Notes under the pieces: generated by a model
What the model was told of the DNA's origin: nothing
Seen by the model: the letters and a program-made list of their open reading frames with translations, nothing else
Databases searched by the model: none
Part shown: in pieces, positions 21,275-29,472 of the stretch
How positions within the stretch are numbered: position 1 is the first letter of the stretch
Layout of the letters: each line of letters begins with the position of its first letter
Made by a program: the position numbers and the translations under genes
Assembly (NCBI GenBank): GCA_041658325.1
Contig: JBBAAI010000001.1
Location: 279,266-343,265, forward strand
From: Minisyncoccota bacterium
GTDB lineage: Bacteria; Patescibacteriota; Minisyncoccia; Phycocordibacterales; UBA9973
DNA: 64,000 bases
Reading direction: 5' to 3'

Positions 21275-22669
21275 ATGAAAAAGAAAAAAGTAAAAAAACT
21301 TGGCAAAAATTGGAAAAAATTTTGGAAGCTGGGAGTAGATGAATTTAATACTCAGTTTTTTGGTGTTAATAAAGATGGCGAGTTGACAGCCACTGAAGGT
21401 CATCATGTTTATAATCTAAATGATCTAGCGCACAAATATGGCACACCATTGCAGGTAATATTTCCATTTATTATTGAAGACAGATTAAAAGATCTGATTG
21501 GCTATTTTCAGGCTTATATAAAAATTTATGGATATAAGGGTAAGTTTTCTTATCACTATCCAATGAAAGTAAATCAAAACAAGGAGTTTCTTCTTCCTAT
21601 TCTTTCTGAGGGCGCAAATTTAGAAGTAACTTCAGCCAACGAGCTTTGGATAGTAAAGAAACTTTGGGAAGGAGAAAAATTTAATGATAAAATTCGAGTG
21701 TTTTGTAATGGACCAAAGACTAATCAATATTTAGATTTAGTGGAAGAACTTCGTGCCAAGGGTATGAACATTGTTCCTATTATAGAAAGTAATGAAGAGA
21801 TAGAAAGACTTTCAAAATATAGGGGAGATATAGGAATAAGAATAGATTTGGCAGTGAAGGCAGATACGCATTGGGATAAGAAATTTGATCGTTTTGGGCT
21901 TTCAGAAAAAGAGGCTTTAGATTTGGGAAAAATGAAAAATTTAAAAGTGATGCATTATCACTTAGGTTCAGATATAAAAACACAAAAAAGTATTTTTGAT
22001 GGAGTGAAGTATGCTTTTGGTCTTTATGCACAATTACAAAAAACACATCCATCACTTGATACCCTAGACATCGGTGGAGGTTTTGGTATTCCATATGAAA
22101 AGAAAAAGTTTTATACAGCGAAAGTTGTTTCTAGCAAAATTATTAAAGTATTAAAGAACTTAGCTGATAAAGAGGGAATTAAACACCCTAACCTTGCGAT
22201 AGAATGGGGAAGATATATTGTTGCTCCGTCGCAAATAACAATGTATAAAGTAATTTCTAAAAAAATTATACCTAAGGCGAACGCCAAAGCTTGGTATATC
22301 ATTGATGGTAGTTTTATGAATGACCTAAAAGATACTTGGGCTATTCATCAAAAATGGCACATAATACCAGCCAACAATATGCAAGGTGCCTTAAAAACCG
22401 TTTGGTTGGCAGGAAGTACTTGCGATTCGGATGATAAATACACGGCTGGTGGAAACTATATTCTTATGCCAAAACTCCACGAAGGAGAAGACCAACTAAT
22501 GGCAGTTTTTGATACTGGGGCTTACCAAGAAGGATTGGCTTCGCATCATTGTCTTCTCTCTGCTCCGATGAAAATAATTGTTCAAGACGGAATGGTCAAG
22601 GTTATTCGTAAACATGAAACTTCAGAATCTATAGGAAAACTTTTTGGTTGGAACGGAGATCCAAAATAG
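21275..22669 (+). CDS. PLP-dependent fold-type III decarboxylase (Orn/DAP/Arg decarboxylase family)
   Basis: The PLP-lysine region YPMKVNQNKEFLLPILSEGANLEVTSANEL, a glycine-rich GGGFGIPY loop and the C-terminal CDSDD match the LysA/SpeA-like family. Substrate was not assigned. Confidence 0.65.
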   Translation: MKKKKVKKLGKNWKKFWKLGVDEFNTQFFGVNKDGELTATEGHHVYNLNDLAHKYGTPLQVIFPFIIEDRLKDLIGYFQAYIKIYGYKGKFSYHYPMKVNQNKEFLLPILSEGANLEVTSANELWIVKKLWEGEKFNDKIRVFCNGPKTNQYLDLVEELRAKGMNIVPIIESNEEIERLSKYRGDIGIRIDLAVKADTHWDKKFDRFGLSEKEALDLGKMKNLKVMHYHLGSDIKTQKSIFDGVKYAFGLYAQLQKTHPSLDTLDIGGGFGIPYEKKKFYTAKVVSSKIIKVLKNLADKEGIKHPNLAIEWGRYIVAPSQITMYKVISKKIIPKANAKAWYIIDGSFMNDLKDTWAIHQKWHIIPANNMQGALKTVWLAGSTCDSDDKYTAGGNYILMPKLHEGEDQLMAVFDTGAYQEGLASHHCLLSAPMKIIVQDGMVKVIRKHETSESIGKLFGWNGDPK

Positions 22670-22672
22670 TTT

Positions 22673-23125
22673 ATGTTTAAAAAAGTCTTAAGTTTTTTGA
22701 TAATAGTAATTATTCTTTTACTAGGATTTTTTTTGATAACTCGGTTTTCTGAAAATTTAACATCAGAAAATATAAAATATGTAAAAATCGCTGGGCAAAA
22801 CATAAAGGTTGATTTAGCTTTAACAAAAGAAACACAACAGCAAGGTCTTTCAGGAAGAAGCGAGTTAAAAGAAGATGAAGGTATGTTGTTTATTTTTAAC
22901 CACGAAGGTTTATATTCTTTTTGGATGAAAGATATGAATTTCCCAATAGATATCATTTGGATTAATAAAAACTTAGAGGTGGTAGATATGAAAAAAAATG
23001 TCCTACCGGAATCATATCCAGAAAATTTTGTGCCGAAAGAAAATGCAAAATATGTTTTAGAAATTGTTGCTGGTTTTGGAGAAAAAAATAACCTGAAAGA
23101 AGGGGATAGTATAGAATTTAAGTAA
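22673..23125 (+). CDS. DUF192 (COG1430) domain protein
   Basis: An N-terminal TM helix is followed by the DUF192-like core IKVDLALTKETQQQGLSGRSEL...GMLFIF...FWMKDMNFPIDIIWI. Confidence 0.65.
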   Translation: MFKKVLSFLIIVIILLLGFFLITRFSENLTSENIKYVKIAGQNIKVDLALTKETQQQGLSGRSELKEDEGMLFIFNHEGLYSFWMKDMNFPIDIIWINKNLEVVDMKKNVLPESYPENFVPKENAKYVLEIVAGFGEKNNLKEGDSIEFK

Positions 23126-23133
23126 AGAAAATC

Positions 23134-23165
23134 CCCTGCTTGTGGCAGGGGAGTTTCATTTTTCT
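23134..23165. terminator. Bidirectional rho-independent terminator shared by the DUF192 gene (+) and rnpB (-)
   Basis: The hairpin cccctgc-ttgt-gcagggg has U-rich tracts on both strands. Confidence 0.6.
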
Positions 23166-23166
23166 T

Positions 23167-23468
23167 GCAGGTATCTGTAAGCCGAATTTTGTATCCTGAC
23201 CGAAGTCAGGAGATAGCAATTTATCTAGGCCCTTGATTACTCAAAAGCTCAAGCGATTCTCCTCGACCGAAGTCGGGGCACGATCTTGCACACGCGTAGG
23301 TATTTTGCCGTTTCACCCGAACTAAATCGGTTCGTCACTGTTCGCAACCCTGAGATTGCTCTCGACGGGCGTTACCCGCTACGTTTAATCCCGCAAAAGC
23401 GGAGACTATGTGTTCGGACTTTCCTCTCTATGACTTACGCCTTAGAGTAGCTATCCGATGCCTGCCCC
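23167..23468 (-). ncRNA. rnpB: RNase P RNA (bacterial type A, reduced, ~300 nt)
   Basis: On the - strand, GAGGAAAGUCCGAAC matches the P4 5' consensus AGGAAAGUCCGGGC. GGGUAACGCC, GGUGAAACGG and CCUAGAUAAAUUGCUA are present. The P4 3' strand ACAAAAUUCGGCUUA matches the E. coli ACAGAACCCGGCUUA. The region is a GC-rich island with no ORF. Confidence 0.75.
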
Positions 23469-23494
23469 CGTACTCTAGCATATTTTCTCAAAAT

Positions 23495-23523
23495 TTGCAT
23501 TATTTTAACAAGTATGCTATACT
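23495..23523 (+). promoter_or_regulatory. Candidate sigma-70 promoter (TTGCAT-17-TATACT)
   Basis: Consensus-like hexamers with 17-nt spacing. A strong terminator lies ~60-90 nt downstream with no ORF between them. Confidence 0.3.
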
Positions 23524-23577
23524 CATCTAGTGAGTGTGAGGTTATTCTCACATTTATCGTAACAACATAAGTGCCGC

Positions 23578-23612
23578 AAAAGACGCCCTTCGGGGTGTCT
23601 TTTGTTTTTTGT
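23578..23612 (+). terminator. Rho-independent terminator
   Basis: The hairpin aagacgccc-ttcg-gggtgtctt is followed by TTGTTTTTT. Confidence 0.55.
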
Positions 23613-23638
23613 ATTTGATATACTACTAGTAGTTCTTT

Positions 23639-23669
23639 GTAGCTAATAAAATAGTCAGTTATTAGCTAC
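23639..23669. promoter_or_regulatory. Perfect 11-bp inverted repeat (GTAGCTAATAA-N9-TTATTAGCTAC) abutting a -35 box
   Basis: Read directly from the sequence. The right arm ends 1 nt before the TTGACA at 23670. Candidate operator. Confidence 0.4.
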
Positions 23670-23698
23670 TTGACATTATTAAACATAAGTGATACAAT
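23670..23698 (+). promoter_or_regulatory. Near-consensus sigma-70 promoter (TTGACA-17-TACAAT)
   Basis: Both hexamers are consensus or near-consensus with a 17-nt spacer. The -10 ends 9 nt before the ATG of the 23708 ORF. Confidence 0.5.
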
Positions 23699-23707
23699 GT
23701 TAGTATT

Positions 23708-23968
23708 ATGAATAAATTTGAAAAACCTATGGATAAAAATAACGGTAATTTAGCAGATGGTAAAGATAAATTTGGTAGTTTATCTGAAGACAAAGAGGTA
23801 AAAGCTTATATGCAATCAGAAGAGGTTAAGGGATTACACGATGCTCCTGTTGAATTTGTTGACGAGGAAAAAGGAGCAGAAGTGGTGCCAATAACAGGAA
23901 AAAGCGCAGAGGAAATGGAAAAAGAAGCCAGTGAGCTTTCTGAAAAAATAAAAAGCCAAATTAATTAA
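23708..23968 (+). CDS. Small acidic hypothetical protein (86 aa)
   Basis: The ORF is framed by a consensus promoter upstream and a hairpin terminator downstream. The protein is Glu/Lys-rich and no family was recognised. Confidence 0.5.
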   Translation: MNKFEKPMDKNNGNLADGKDKFGSLSEDKEVKAYMQSEEVKGLHDAPVEFVDEEKGAEVVPITGKSAEEMEKEASELSEKIKSQIN

Positions 23969-23984
23969 GTTTATAATGTTAGTT

Positions 23985-24014
23985 TCAAAAAACACCCTTT
24001 CGGGTGTTTTTTGT
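23985..24014 (+). terminator. Rho-independent terminator
   Basis: The hairpin aacaccc-tttc-gggtgtt is followed by TTTTGTTT. It closely resembles the terminator at 23578. Confidence 0.6.
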
Positions 24015-24156
24015 TTGGTGGACTTGGGGCTTCTTTTTTGGAAACAGTTTGCAAGAGAATCTGAGTATTTAGTCAGTATTTTGAAAGAGGTTGAAGTGTC
24101 CAGAAACACAAACACCCCACTAAAATAGTGAGGTGTTAATGTATTAAAATAAGTCG

Positions 24157-24291
24157 TTACTTCTTCTTCGGAGCACGTTGAGAGAGAGCACTTGCGGCAA
24201 CCGACCTTTCAAACTTAGTTGAATGAGGGTTTCGCAACACCGCCGCCGCTTCTGATGCAATCTTCGCACTTGTTTTTCTGCTGTGAGGCAT
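24157..24291 (-). CDS. Candidate small GC-rich ORF (44 aa)
   Basis: The product would be MPHSRKTSAKIASEAAAVLRNPHSTKFERSVAASALSQRAPKKK. The region is ~55% GC against a ~32% background. A hairpin and U-tract downstream (24103-24135) could terminate it. No Shine-Dalgarno is present, and it could instead be a structured RNA. Confidence 0.3.
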   Translation of the reverse strand: MPHSRKTSAKIASEAAAVLRNPHSTKFERSVAASALSQRAPKKK

Positions 24292-24422
24292 AAAGAATTT
24301 ATAGTGTTATTTTATAAATTTATAGAGATGACCGACTTCATCTTCTCTGTATTTATTTTCTAAAACAATAATACTTATGCACCACTAAGTAATTTTGTTT
24401 TAAAAATTTTAATCTTATAAAA

Positions 24423-24713
24423 CTAGCCCCAACATTTAGGGAGTTTCAAGAGATTATCAGTTTGAGTTGAATCAGGAACAGTTTTAACGTATTTTGTTCC
24501 CAAGGGACTTATGGCAGTGATTAAGTACGCTTTGTTGCCATATGCATCAGAAACGTATGCTCGTCCACCTTGGACAACAAAATTATACATTTCTATACGT
24601 GCACTTTTACCTCGTTGATTGGTATTCACGTTGACCCATCCTAATTCGCTTATAGCGGTATGAGGATTTTCATGATTACCACTGTCTTTCTTGATACAAG
24701 TGATTTCTAACAT
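24423..24713 (-). CDS. DUF3892 domain protein
   Basis: The pattern ITCIKKDSGNHENPHTAISELGW...GKSARIEM...GGRAYV...GTKYVKTV...TDNLLKLP matches the conserved spacing of DUF3892, including the terminal TDNLLxLP. Confidence 0.65.
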   Translation of the reverse strand: MLEITCIKKDSGNHENPHTAISELGWVNVNTNQRGKSARIEMYNFVVQGGRAYVSDAYGNKAYLITAISPLGTKYVKTVPDSTQTDNLLKLPKCWG

Positions 24714-24877
24714 ATTTTTATATATGAAATTATTGATAATGCCGTAAATAAGTGGTAAGCTTTGATTGTTGAGGTCTTGGCTCTTTTCCGTCCGACCGAA
24801 TGTGGTGCCATTATATAACGTCCAGTTTATCTGCGGAGGGAACCATTAATATTGATTCCTTAAACACATTGTAACAC

Positions 24878-24898
24878 ATGTAAAGGATTTCTTTACAT
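24878..24898. promoter_or_regulatory. Perfect palindrome ATGTAAAG-gattt-CTTTACAT between divergent DUF3892 and lexA-like genes
   Basis: Read directly from the sequence. Overlapping half-sites TGTAACA and ACATGT lie just upstream. Candidate repressor operator. Confidence 0.35.
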
Positions 24899-24920
24899 AG
24901 GAATGTTCATAAACTGTGGA

Positions 24921-24949
24921 TTGACAGTGGATAACTTGGGTGGTACACT
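24921..24949 (+). promoter_or_regulatory. Candidate sigma-70 promoter (TTGACA-17-TACACT) for the lexA-like gene
   Basis: A consensus -35 with 17-nt spacing. The -10 ends 14 nt before the ATG at 24964. Confidence 0.45.
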
Positions 24950-24963
24950 TATATCAATTCTCA

Positions 24964-25569
24964 ATGAGTCAATTACATAAAAATCAAATAAAACTCTTAA
25001 AATATTTAGAAGGAATCCAAGATTTTGATGGTATCAGTCTTTGGGATATTGCCAGAGAAGCAGAGCTTAATAACGCTCAGACAGTAAAACACCACCTTTC
25101 TCAATTAGAAAAATTAGGATATCTTAGAAGGGATTTAAAAAATTCTTCTTTTGAAATTCTTAAAAGTCCCATTGAAGACATTGCTTATATTAATCTTTTA
25201 GGATTCGCCGTGTGTGGCAATAGTGGAGAATTTTTTTCGGAAGAAAATCTGGAAGATAAAATTGCAGTTTCAACAAAGTTGTTGGGTATTTCAAATCTTC
25301 AGGATACTTTTGCAGTTAAAGCAAAAGGTGATTCTATGCTCCCTGAGGTGTTAGATAATGATTTAGTTATATTTCAAAAACAAGATGATATAGGTAATGC
25401 GGATATAGGTTTAGTTATAGACAACGGAGAGCCGAAGATTAAACAAGTTATTAAAAATAAAAATGAAATAATTTTAAGGTCTTATAACAAAAGTTACCCA
25501 GACAAAATCATCACAAAAAAAGACCTTTGTGTCCTTGGATTGGCTAAGAAAATAATTCATAGTATTTAG
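24964..25569 (+). CDS. LexA/phage CI-like repressor, S24 peptidase family
   Basis: The N-terminus is a winged-helix region (LWDIAREAELNNAQTVKHHLSQLEKLGYL). The C-terminal S24 domain carries the GDSM serine motif (AVKAKGDSMLPEV) and the catalytic-Lys region EPKIKQVI. I chose the ATG at 24964 because the annotated GTG at 24940 lies inside the predicted promoter. Confidence 0.8.
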   Translation: MSQLHKNQIKLLKYLEGIQDFDGISLWDIAREAELNNAQTVKHHLSQLEKLGYLRRDLKNSSFEILKSPIEDIAYINLLGFAVCGNSGEFFSEENLEDKIAVSTKLLGISNLQDTFAVKAKGDSMLPEVLDNDLVIFQKQDDIGNADIGLVIDNGEPKIKQVIKNKNEIILRSYNKSYPDKIITKKDLCVLGLAKKIIHSI

Positions 25570-25738
25570 TGAAACTTTTTTCTGTTTTAGTTTTTTTATC
25601 TTCAAGCCACAATTCAAAAAGAATCTCAGCCAATTTATCATCATTGTCTCTAAGTTTTTAAATTTGTTCCTCAGAAAGTTTTTTAAGCAATTTTTTTCCA
25701 AGAGCTTTTTTATATTATTTTAAAGAAAGCATTTTTGA

Positions 25739-26179
25739 TTATAGCCATTCATTCACCCCTCCATGACGAGAACAAGTACCTCTCCTATTTTGGCTAAAAC
25801 TGTAAGTGCCATCACCACATCGAGCAGAAGCTCCAGCTGGTACTGAATTTGAATAGGCTGGAGAATGGACACTATTGCCATAAGTATTTGTGTAATAATT
25901 ATCATTCGAAAGAGAACTTGTATTATTGCTTGGTGTTGTCTTTGGGGCTACCACACTTGGTGCTGTAAATTGGTGTGGTTGAGTATTATATGAATTATAT
26001 GTAGGAATTGTCTGTATTTCTGGATTTACTACTTGGTTGCTTGAATTACCGCCTGAACCTAAAATAACTAAAAATACTGCAATTAGACCAGTTCCGATAT
26101 ATCTTTTTTTCTTATACCAAGGTCTTTCGTCTTTAATATTGGGAATATTTTTTTTTTCGTTTTCCATATTTAATAACAA
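25739..26179 (-). CDS. DUF3761-like secreted/membrane-anchored protein
   Basis: An N-terminal TM helix is followed by a Ser/Thr/Asn-rich linker. The C-terminal CGDGTYSFSQNRRGTCSRHGGVNEWL matches the DUF3761 C-terminal motif. Confidence 0.55.
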   Translation of the reverse strand: MLLNMENEKKNIPNIKDERPWYKKKRYIGTGLIAVFLVILGSGGNSSNQVVNPEIQTIPTYNSYNTQPHQFTAPSVVAPKTTPSNNTSSLSNDNYYTNTYGNSVHSPAYSNSVPAGASARCGDGTYSFSQNRRGTCSRHGGVNEWL

Positions 26180-27108
26180 TTTATACTTCCGATTGTGCCA
26201 AATTCATCAGAATGAGAACTGAAGCTACAATTAAGAGGTTTTACTTGTTGAGAATATAATTGATTTAAACTACTTTGTAGTGCCTGTGTCTTTTTTAAAT
26301 CAGATACAGCGATAACTAACTGCGACCAGAAATTTTTGTACATTTCGTCCTTTGTGTTTGTTTGGCTCATATATTGAGTCATCGCTAATTTAACACCACC
26401 ATCATAAAGTTTTTGCCAATAATTTTGATATTCAGTCAGTATTTGAATTTCACTGTTATATTCTGCTTCTGATGCTGAAGATTTTGCGGAAAATTTTATA
26501 TATTCAATATTAAGTGCAGATATTTTTTCGTTATTGATGTGGTTTTTTATATCAGAAAAGATTTTCCGATAAAAATCAACAATCTGACTTTTATCAAGAT
26601 TGTAGGCTTCAATAAAAATACTATATGCATGACTAACAGAAGAATCTGTTTCACTAGCCATTAAAGAATTAGTGCTTGAGATAAGCCCGTTTAATATACT
26701 CTCTCTTTGGGAGAGTAGGGGCGTCATGTCATTATCAATCCACTGTATGATTGCTTTATAGGAATTGATTTGTGCATTTATAGCTGAAAGAATTGGCTCT
26801 CTGAAATTTTTAGCTGTGGGTGCAACAACTTCTGTTTTTATAGGTGGAGTTTGCACACTAACTTGTGTTGAAGTTCCGTTTGTTTCTTTTTTAGGAGCAG
26901 TATTTTTTGATACTTCTTCGCTGATTGTTTTTTCATTATTAACTGAAACTTCTTCTGTCGCTGTGGTGATTACGTTAGATTTAGGAATATTTTGTGGAGA
27001 TTTAGATATTTTGTGGGCGATAAAATAACCGCCACCGCCAAAAACAACTGCACTAACAATAATTGCTATTAAAATTGGTATTTGTATAAAGCCTTTTTGA
27101 TTTTTCAT
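26170..27108 (-). CDS. Hypothetical secreted protein with pilin-like hydrophobic N-terminus
   Basis: The N-terminus MKNQKGFIQIPILIAIIVSAVVFGG resembles a prepilin-like leader, but the +5 Glu is absent. The rest has no recognised domain. Confidence 0.45.
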   Translation of the reverse strand: MKNQKGFIQIPILIAIIVSAVVFGGGGYFIAHKISKSPQNIPKSNVITTATEEVSVNNEKTISEEVSKNTAPKKETNGTSTQVSVQTPPIKTEVVAPTAKNFREPILSAINAQINSYKAIIQWIDNDMTPLLSQRESILNGLISSTNSLMASETDSSVSHAYSIFIEAYNLDKSQIVDFYRKIFSDIKNHINNEKISALNIEYIKFSAKSSASEAEYNSEIQILTEYQNYWQKLYDGGVKLAMTQYMSQTNTKDEMYKNFWSQLVIAVSDLKKTQALQSSLNQLYSQQVKPLNCSFSSHSDEFGTIGSINCY

Positions 27109-27152
27109 ATTACACTTTTTTTAATTAATAATGTTAATTTGTAATTAGTTAA

Positions 27153-27584
27153 CTATTCTTCATCATTACTACCAAATGTCTTTAAATCAATTAATTTTGA
27201 CTTATACATAATTTCTATTTCTTTGTTTTCAGCATCACTTGTAAATGTGTGGAAAAAATATGTTTCTCCTGTATAAATATCTTTTATTGAATAATGACCC
27301 ACAGCCCCAGAATTCTTTTTATCTTTAAATAAAAGCACGCTTAAGTATAATGCTTCTATACAACTTTTTTGTTTTTGACTGTATAAGGCATGATTTGAAA
27401 CTGTCATTATTCCAGTATCATCTATGTTTGATTTTGGTGCTTCCGCACTCATTTTTTCATAAGCCTTAACACACCCTTCTTGCCTCGCTAGTAAATCTTT
27501 TGTTTGTTTCCCTGAGATATAAAAGATTGTAAAAGCTAAAACCGCGACTCCGATAAAAATAAAAAGTATATTTTGTTTCTTCAT
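27153..27584 (-). CDS. Hypothetical membrane-anchored protein
   Basis: An ORF with an N-terminal TM helix in the same minus-strand run as the flanking small genes. Confidence 0.45.
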   Translation of the reverse strand: MKKQNILFIFIGVAVLAFTIFYISGKQTKDLLARQEGCVKAYEKMSAEAPKSNIDDTGIMTVSNHALYSQKQKSCIEALYLSVLLFKDKKNSGAVGHYSIKDIYTGETYFFHTFTSDAENKEIEIMYKSKLIDLKTFGSNDEE

Positions 27585-27588
27585 GTTA

Positions 27589-27780
27589 TTAATTATTTTT
27601 TTTATTTTGGTAAGACCAATAAATGAACATTAAGAAAATTATTATTCCACCAGTTAAGGAGAAAGCTATGAACTTCTCTCCACCTGTTAAATCTTCTCCA
27701 TTTCTTATGAAATGACCAAAAGAAATAAGCAAGAACCACCAGTTGCGACTCAAAAATTTACCAAAAGTTTCTTTTTCCAT
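27589..27780 (-). CDS. Small hypothetical membrane protein (63 aa)
   Basis: It has two predicted hydrophobic helices and is the first gene of the minus-strand run 27780 to 25739. Confidence 0.3.
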   Translation of the reverse strand: MEKETFGKFLSRNWWFLLISFGHFIRNGEDLTGGEKFIAFSLTGGIIIFLMFIYWSYQNKKNN

Positions 27781-28196
27781 GTGCTTATATTTTGTTTATT
27801 ATTAATAATTCCCGCAGTTGGTAAACAAAAAGCCCACCACTAGGAAAGCCCGAAGGCTTTTATGCAAGTTTCCTCGCATAACGCGTTCAACGCCCCAATG
27901 ATGGGTTTTTTATGTTGAACGCGATTCATAACCATACTCTACTGTTCTTACAATGGAGGTTAGGTCTTATATTTATTTGATTGTTTAGGTATTATATCAC
28001 TTTGATATAGATTTACCATGCCATAGAGCATTATAGGCTTGCTATAGCAATAGCAGGTAAAATTATAGCTCATAAGAAAATCCTTTGTTTATAACCATGG
28101 GGACGGGAGGAGGGACAAATAAACATCACTAGAAAGAATATACTCATCCCTAAATCCATGCCTTTTTAAACTTTTTGTATTACAATTCCAATAGTT

Positions 28197-29075
28197 ATGA
28201 TTAATCCAAAAACGTCAAAGCCAAGTGAATTATTTGAGGGGTTAATAGAAATTGAATTACAACTTCAAAAGAAACTGGAAGAATTAGAAAATACCTACAA
28301 TGAAACCTATCAAAAAGTCAGTGTTGATTTTAAGGTAGCGGGTATTTTAGAATACGAACATGATTCTGGTTCACTGGGTGAAGTAATAAAACATGCAAAT
28401 GAAATTATAAAAATAATTGAGAATATTTTGCACAGTGAAACTATCAATAAAGCCTACACAAAAAGACTTAAGTCAATAACAGAAATTGACAGAAAAACAG
28501 GTTTGAAAAATTTTAAACAAGGGTGGTTAAAAGATGTTGGTAACCATGATTACATAACCGTGTTAATGGATGCCCTATCGGTTGATGAGTGGATTGATAA
28601 ATGTAAAGAAGTTGCACATTATTTAGCAGATTTTGTTGGAGAAAAAAATCCACTTGTTGAAGATTTAAATTTAAATAAAACTTCAAAAGAAAAAACGGAA
28701 ATAAAAGGAATAGATAATAGTAGTGAGGAAATTTACTTAAAAACTTTAGGCATAAAAATTAAGGGAGATTGTATTGCTAAGGGAACAATGAATCTTAAAA
28801 AAGTATTTAATCCCACAGAAAAAGCTTTGATATATTTTTTATTTTTTAGATTTTTAAAGAACAAAGATGAATGTTTTACAATAGATAGTTTAGCAAAAGA
28901 ACTAAAAAAATCAGAAGCTTATATAAAGAATAGCCTTACCAATATATATAAAATAATTAGAAAGACTATGTCACAAGCAAATACTTCTATAAAATGGGAA
29001 CCTCTCATAAAAAATGAACCGAGACGTGGGTATCACTTGAATCCTAGACTTTTTATAGAGGTCATAAAAAAATAA
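28197..29075 (+). CDS. Hypothetical regulator with OmpR/PhoB-type winged-helix C-terminal domain
   Basis: The C-terminus WEPLIKNEPRRGYHLNP resembles the Trans_reg_C recognition wing (xVRGxGYRL). There is no receiver domain. The N-terminal 200 aa are unrecognised. Confidence 0.4.
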   Translation: MINPKTSKPSELFEGLIEIELQLQKKLEELENTYNETYQKVSVDFKVAGILEYEHDSGSLGEVIKHANEIIKIIENILHSETINKAYTKRLKSITEIDRKTGLKNFKQGWLKDVGNHDYITVLMDALSVDEWIDKCKEVAHYLADFVGEKNPLVEDLNLNKTSKEKTEIKGIDNSSEEIYLKTLGIKIKGDCIAKGTMNLKKVFNPTEKALIYFLFFRFLKNKDECFTIDSLAKELKKSEAYIKNSLTNIYKIIRKTMSQANTSIKWEPLIKNEPRRGYHLNPRLFIEVIKK

Positions 29076-29240
29076 CAATTTTAAAAAAAGTTTTAGAATA
29101 TTAATCCTTTGTGTAAAAAACACCTTTCTAAATAATGGTGTTTTTTTTATTGTAATAAATGAGTCACAATTTTGTGATTTTTTTTCATGTCAAAATTAGA
29201 ATAATCCTAAATAAAGGAGATTATAAATAATTAAAAAAAG

Positions 29241-29456
29241 ATGAGAAGCATTGAAAGAAAATTTAAGTATGTTCAGAGAAAAAATCCTTACTGGTCATCA
29301 TTCACTTGCTTTGCCAACACAGTACGTGGGAGGAACTTTAGTAGAGATAGAATTAGGAAATATTTCAACGAATTGGTAGACAAAGAAGAATATGCAAAAG
29401 ACGAGAAGGGGCAAATATTAAAATACTTGTACGACTTAACAAAAGACATGCTGTAG
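29241..29456 (+). CDS. Hypothetical small basic protein (71 aa)
   Basis: ORF only. Confidence 0.3.
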   Translation: MRSIERKFKYVQRKNPYWSSFTCFANTVRGRNFSRDRIRKYFNELVDKEEYAKDEKGQILKYLYDLTKDML

Positions 29457-29472
29457 CGTACCAGTTTTAGAT

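Noticed and set aside
23167-23468. Considered tmRNA or SRP RNA for this GC-rich ORF-free island and for 24120-24300 and 27790-27930
   Set aside because: No tRNA-like 3' end (GGUUCGAnUCC...CCA) and no tag-peptide reading frame were found. No SRP domain-IV motif (AGGxCAGG...GGAAG..AGCAGC) was found. The first island has clear RNase P P4 motifs instead, and the other two remain unassigned.
24940-24963. GTG start at 24940 for the lexA-like gene (as in the ORF track)
   Set aside because: The extra eight codons overlap the predicted -10 element. The ATG at 24964 gives the canonical LexA-like N-terminus spacing.
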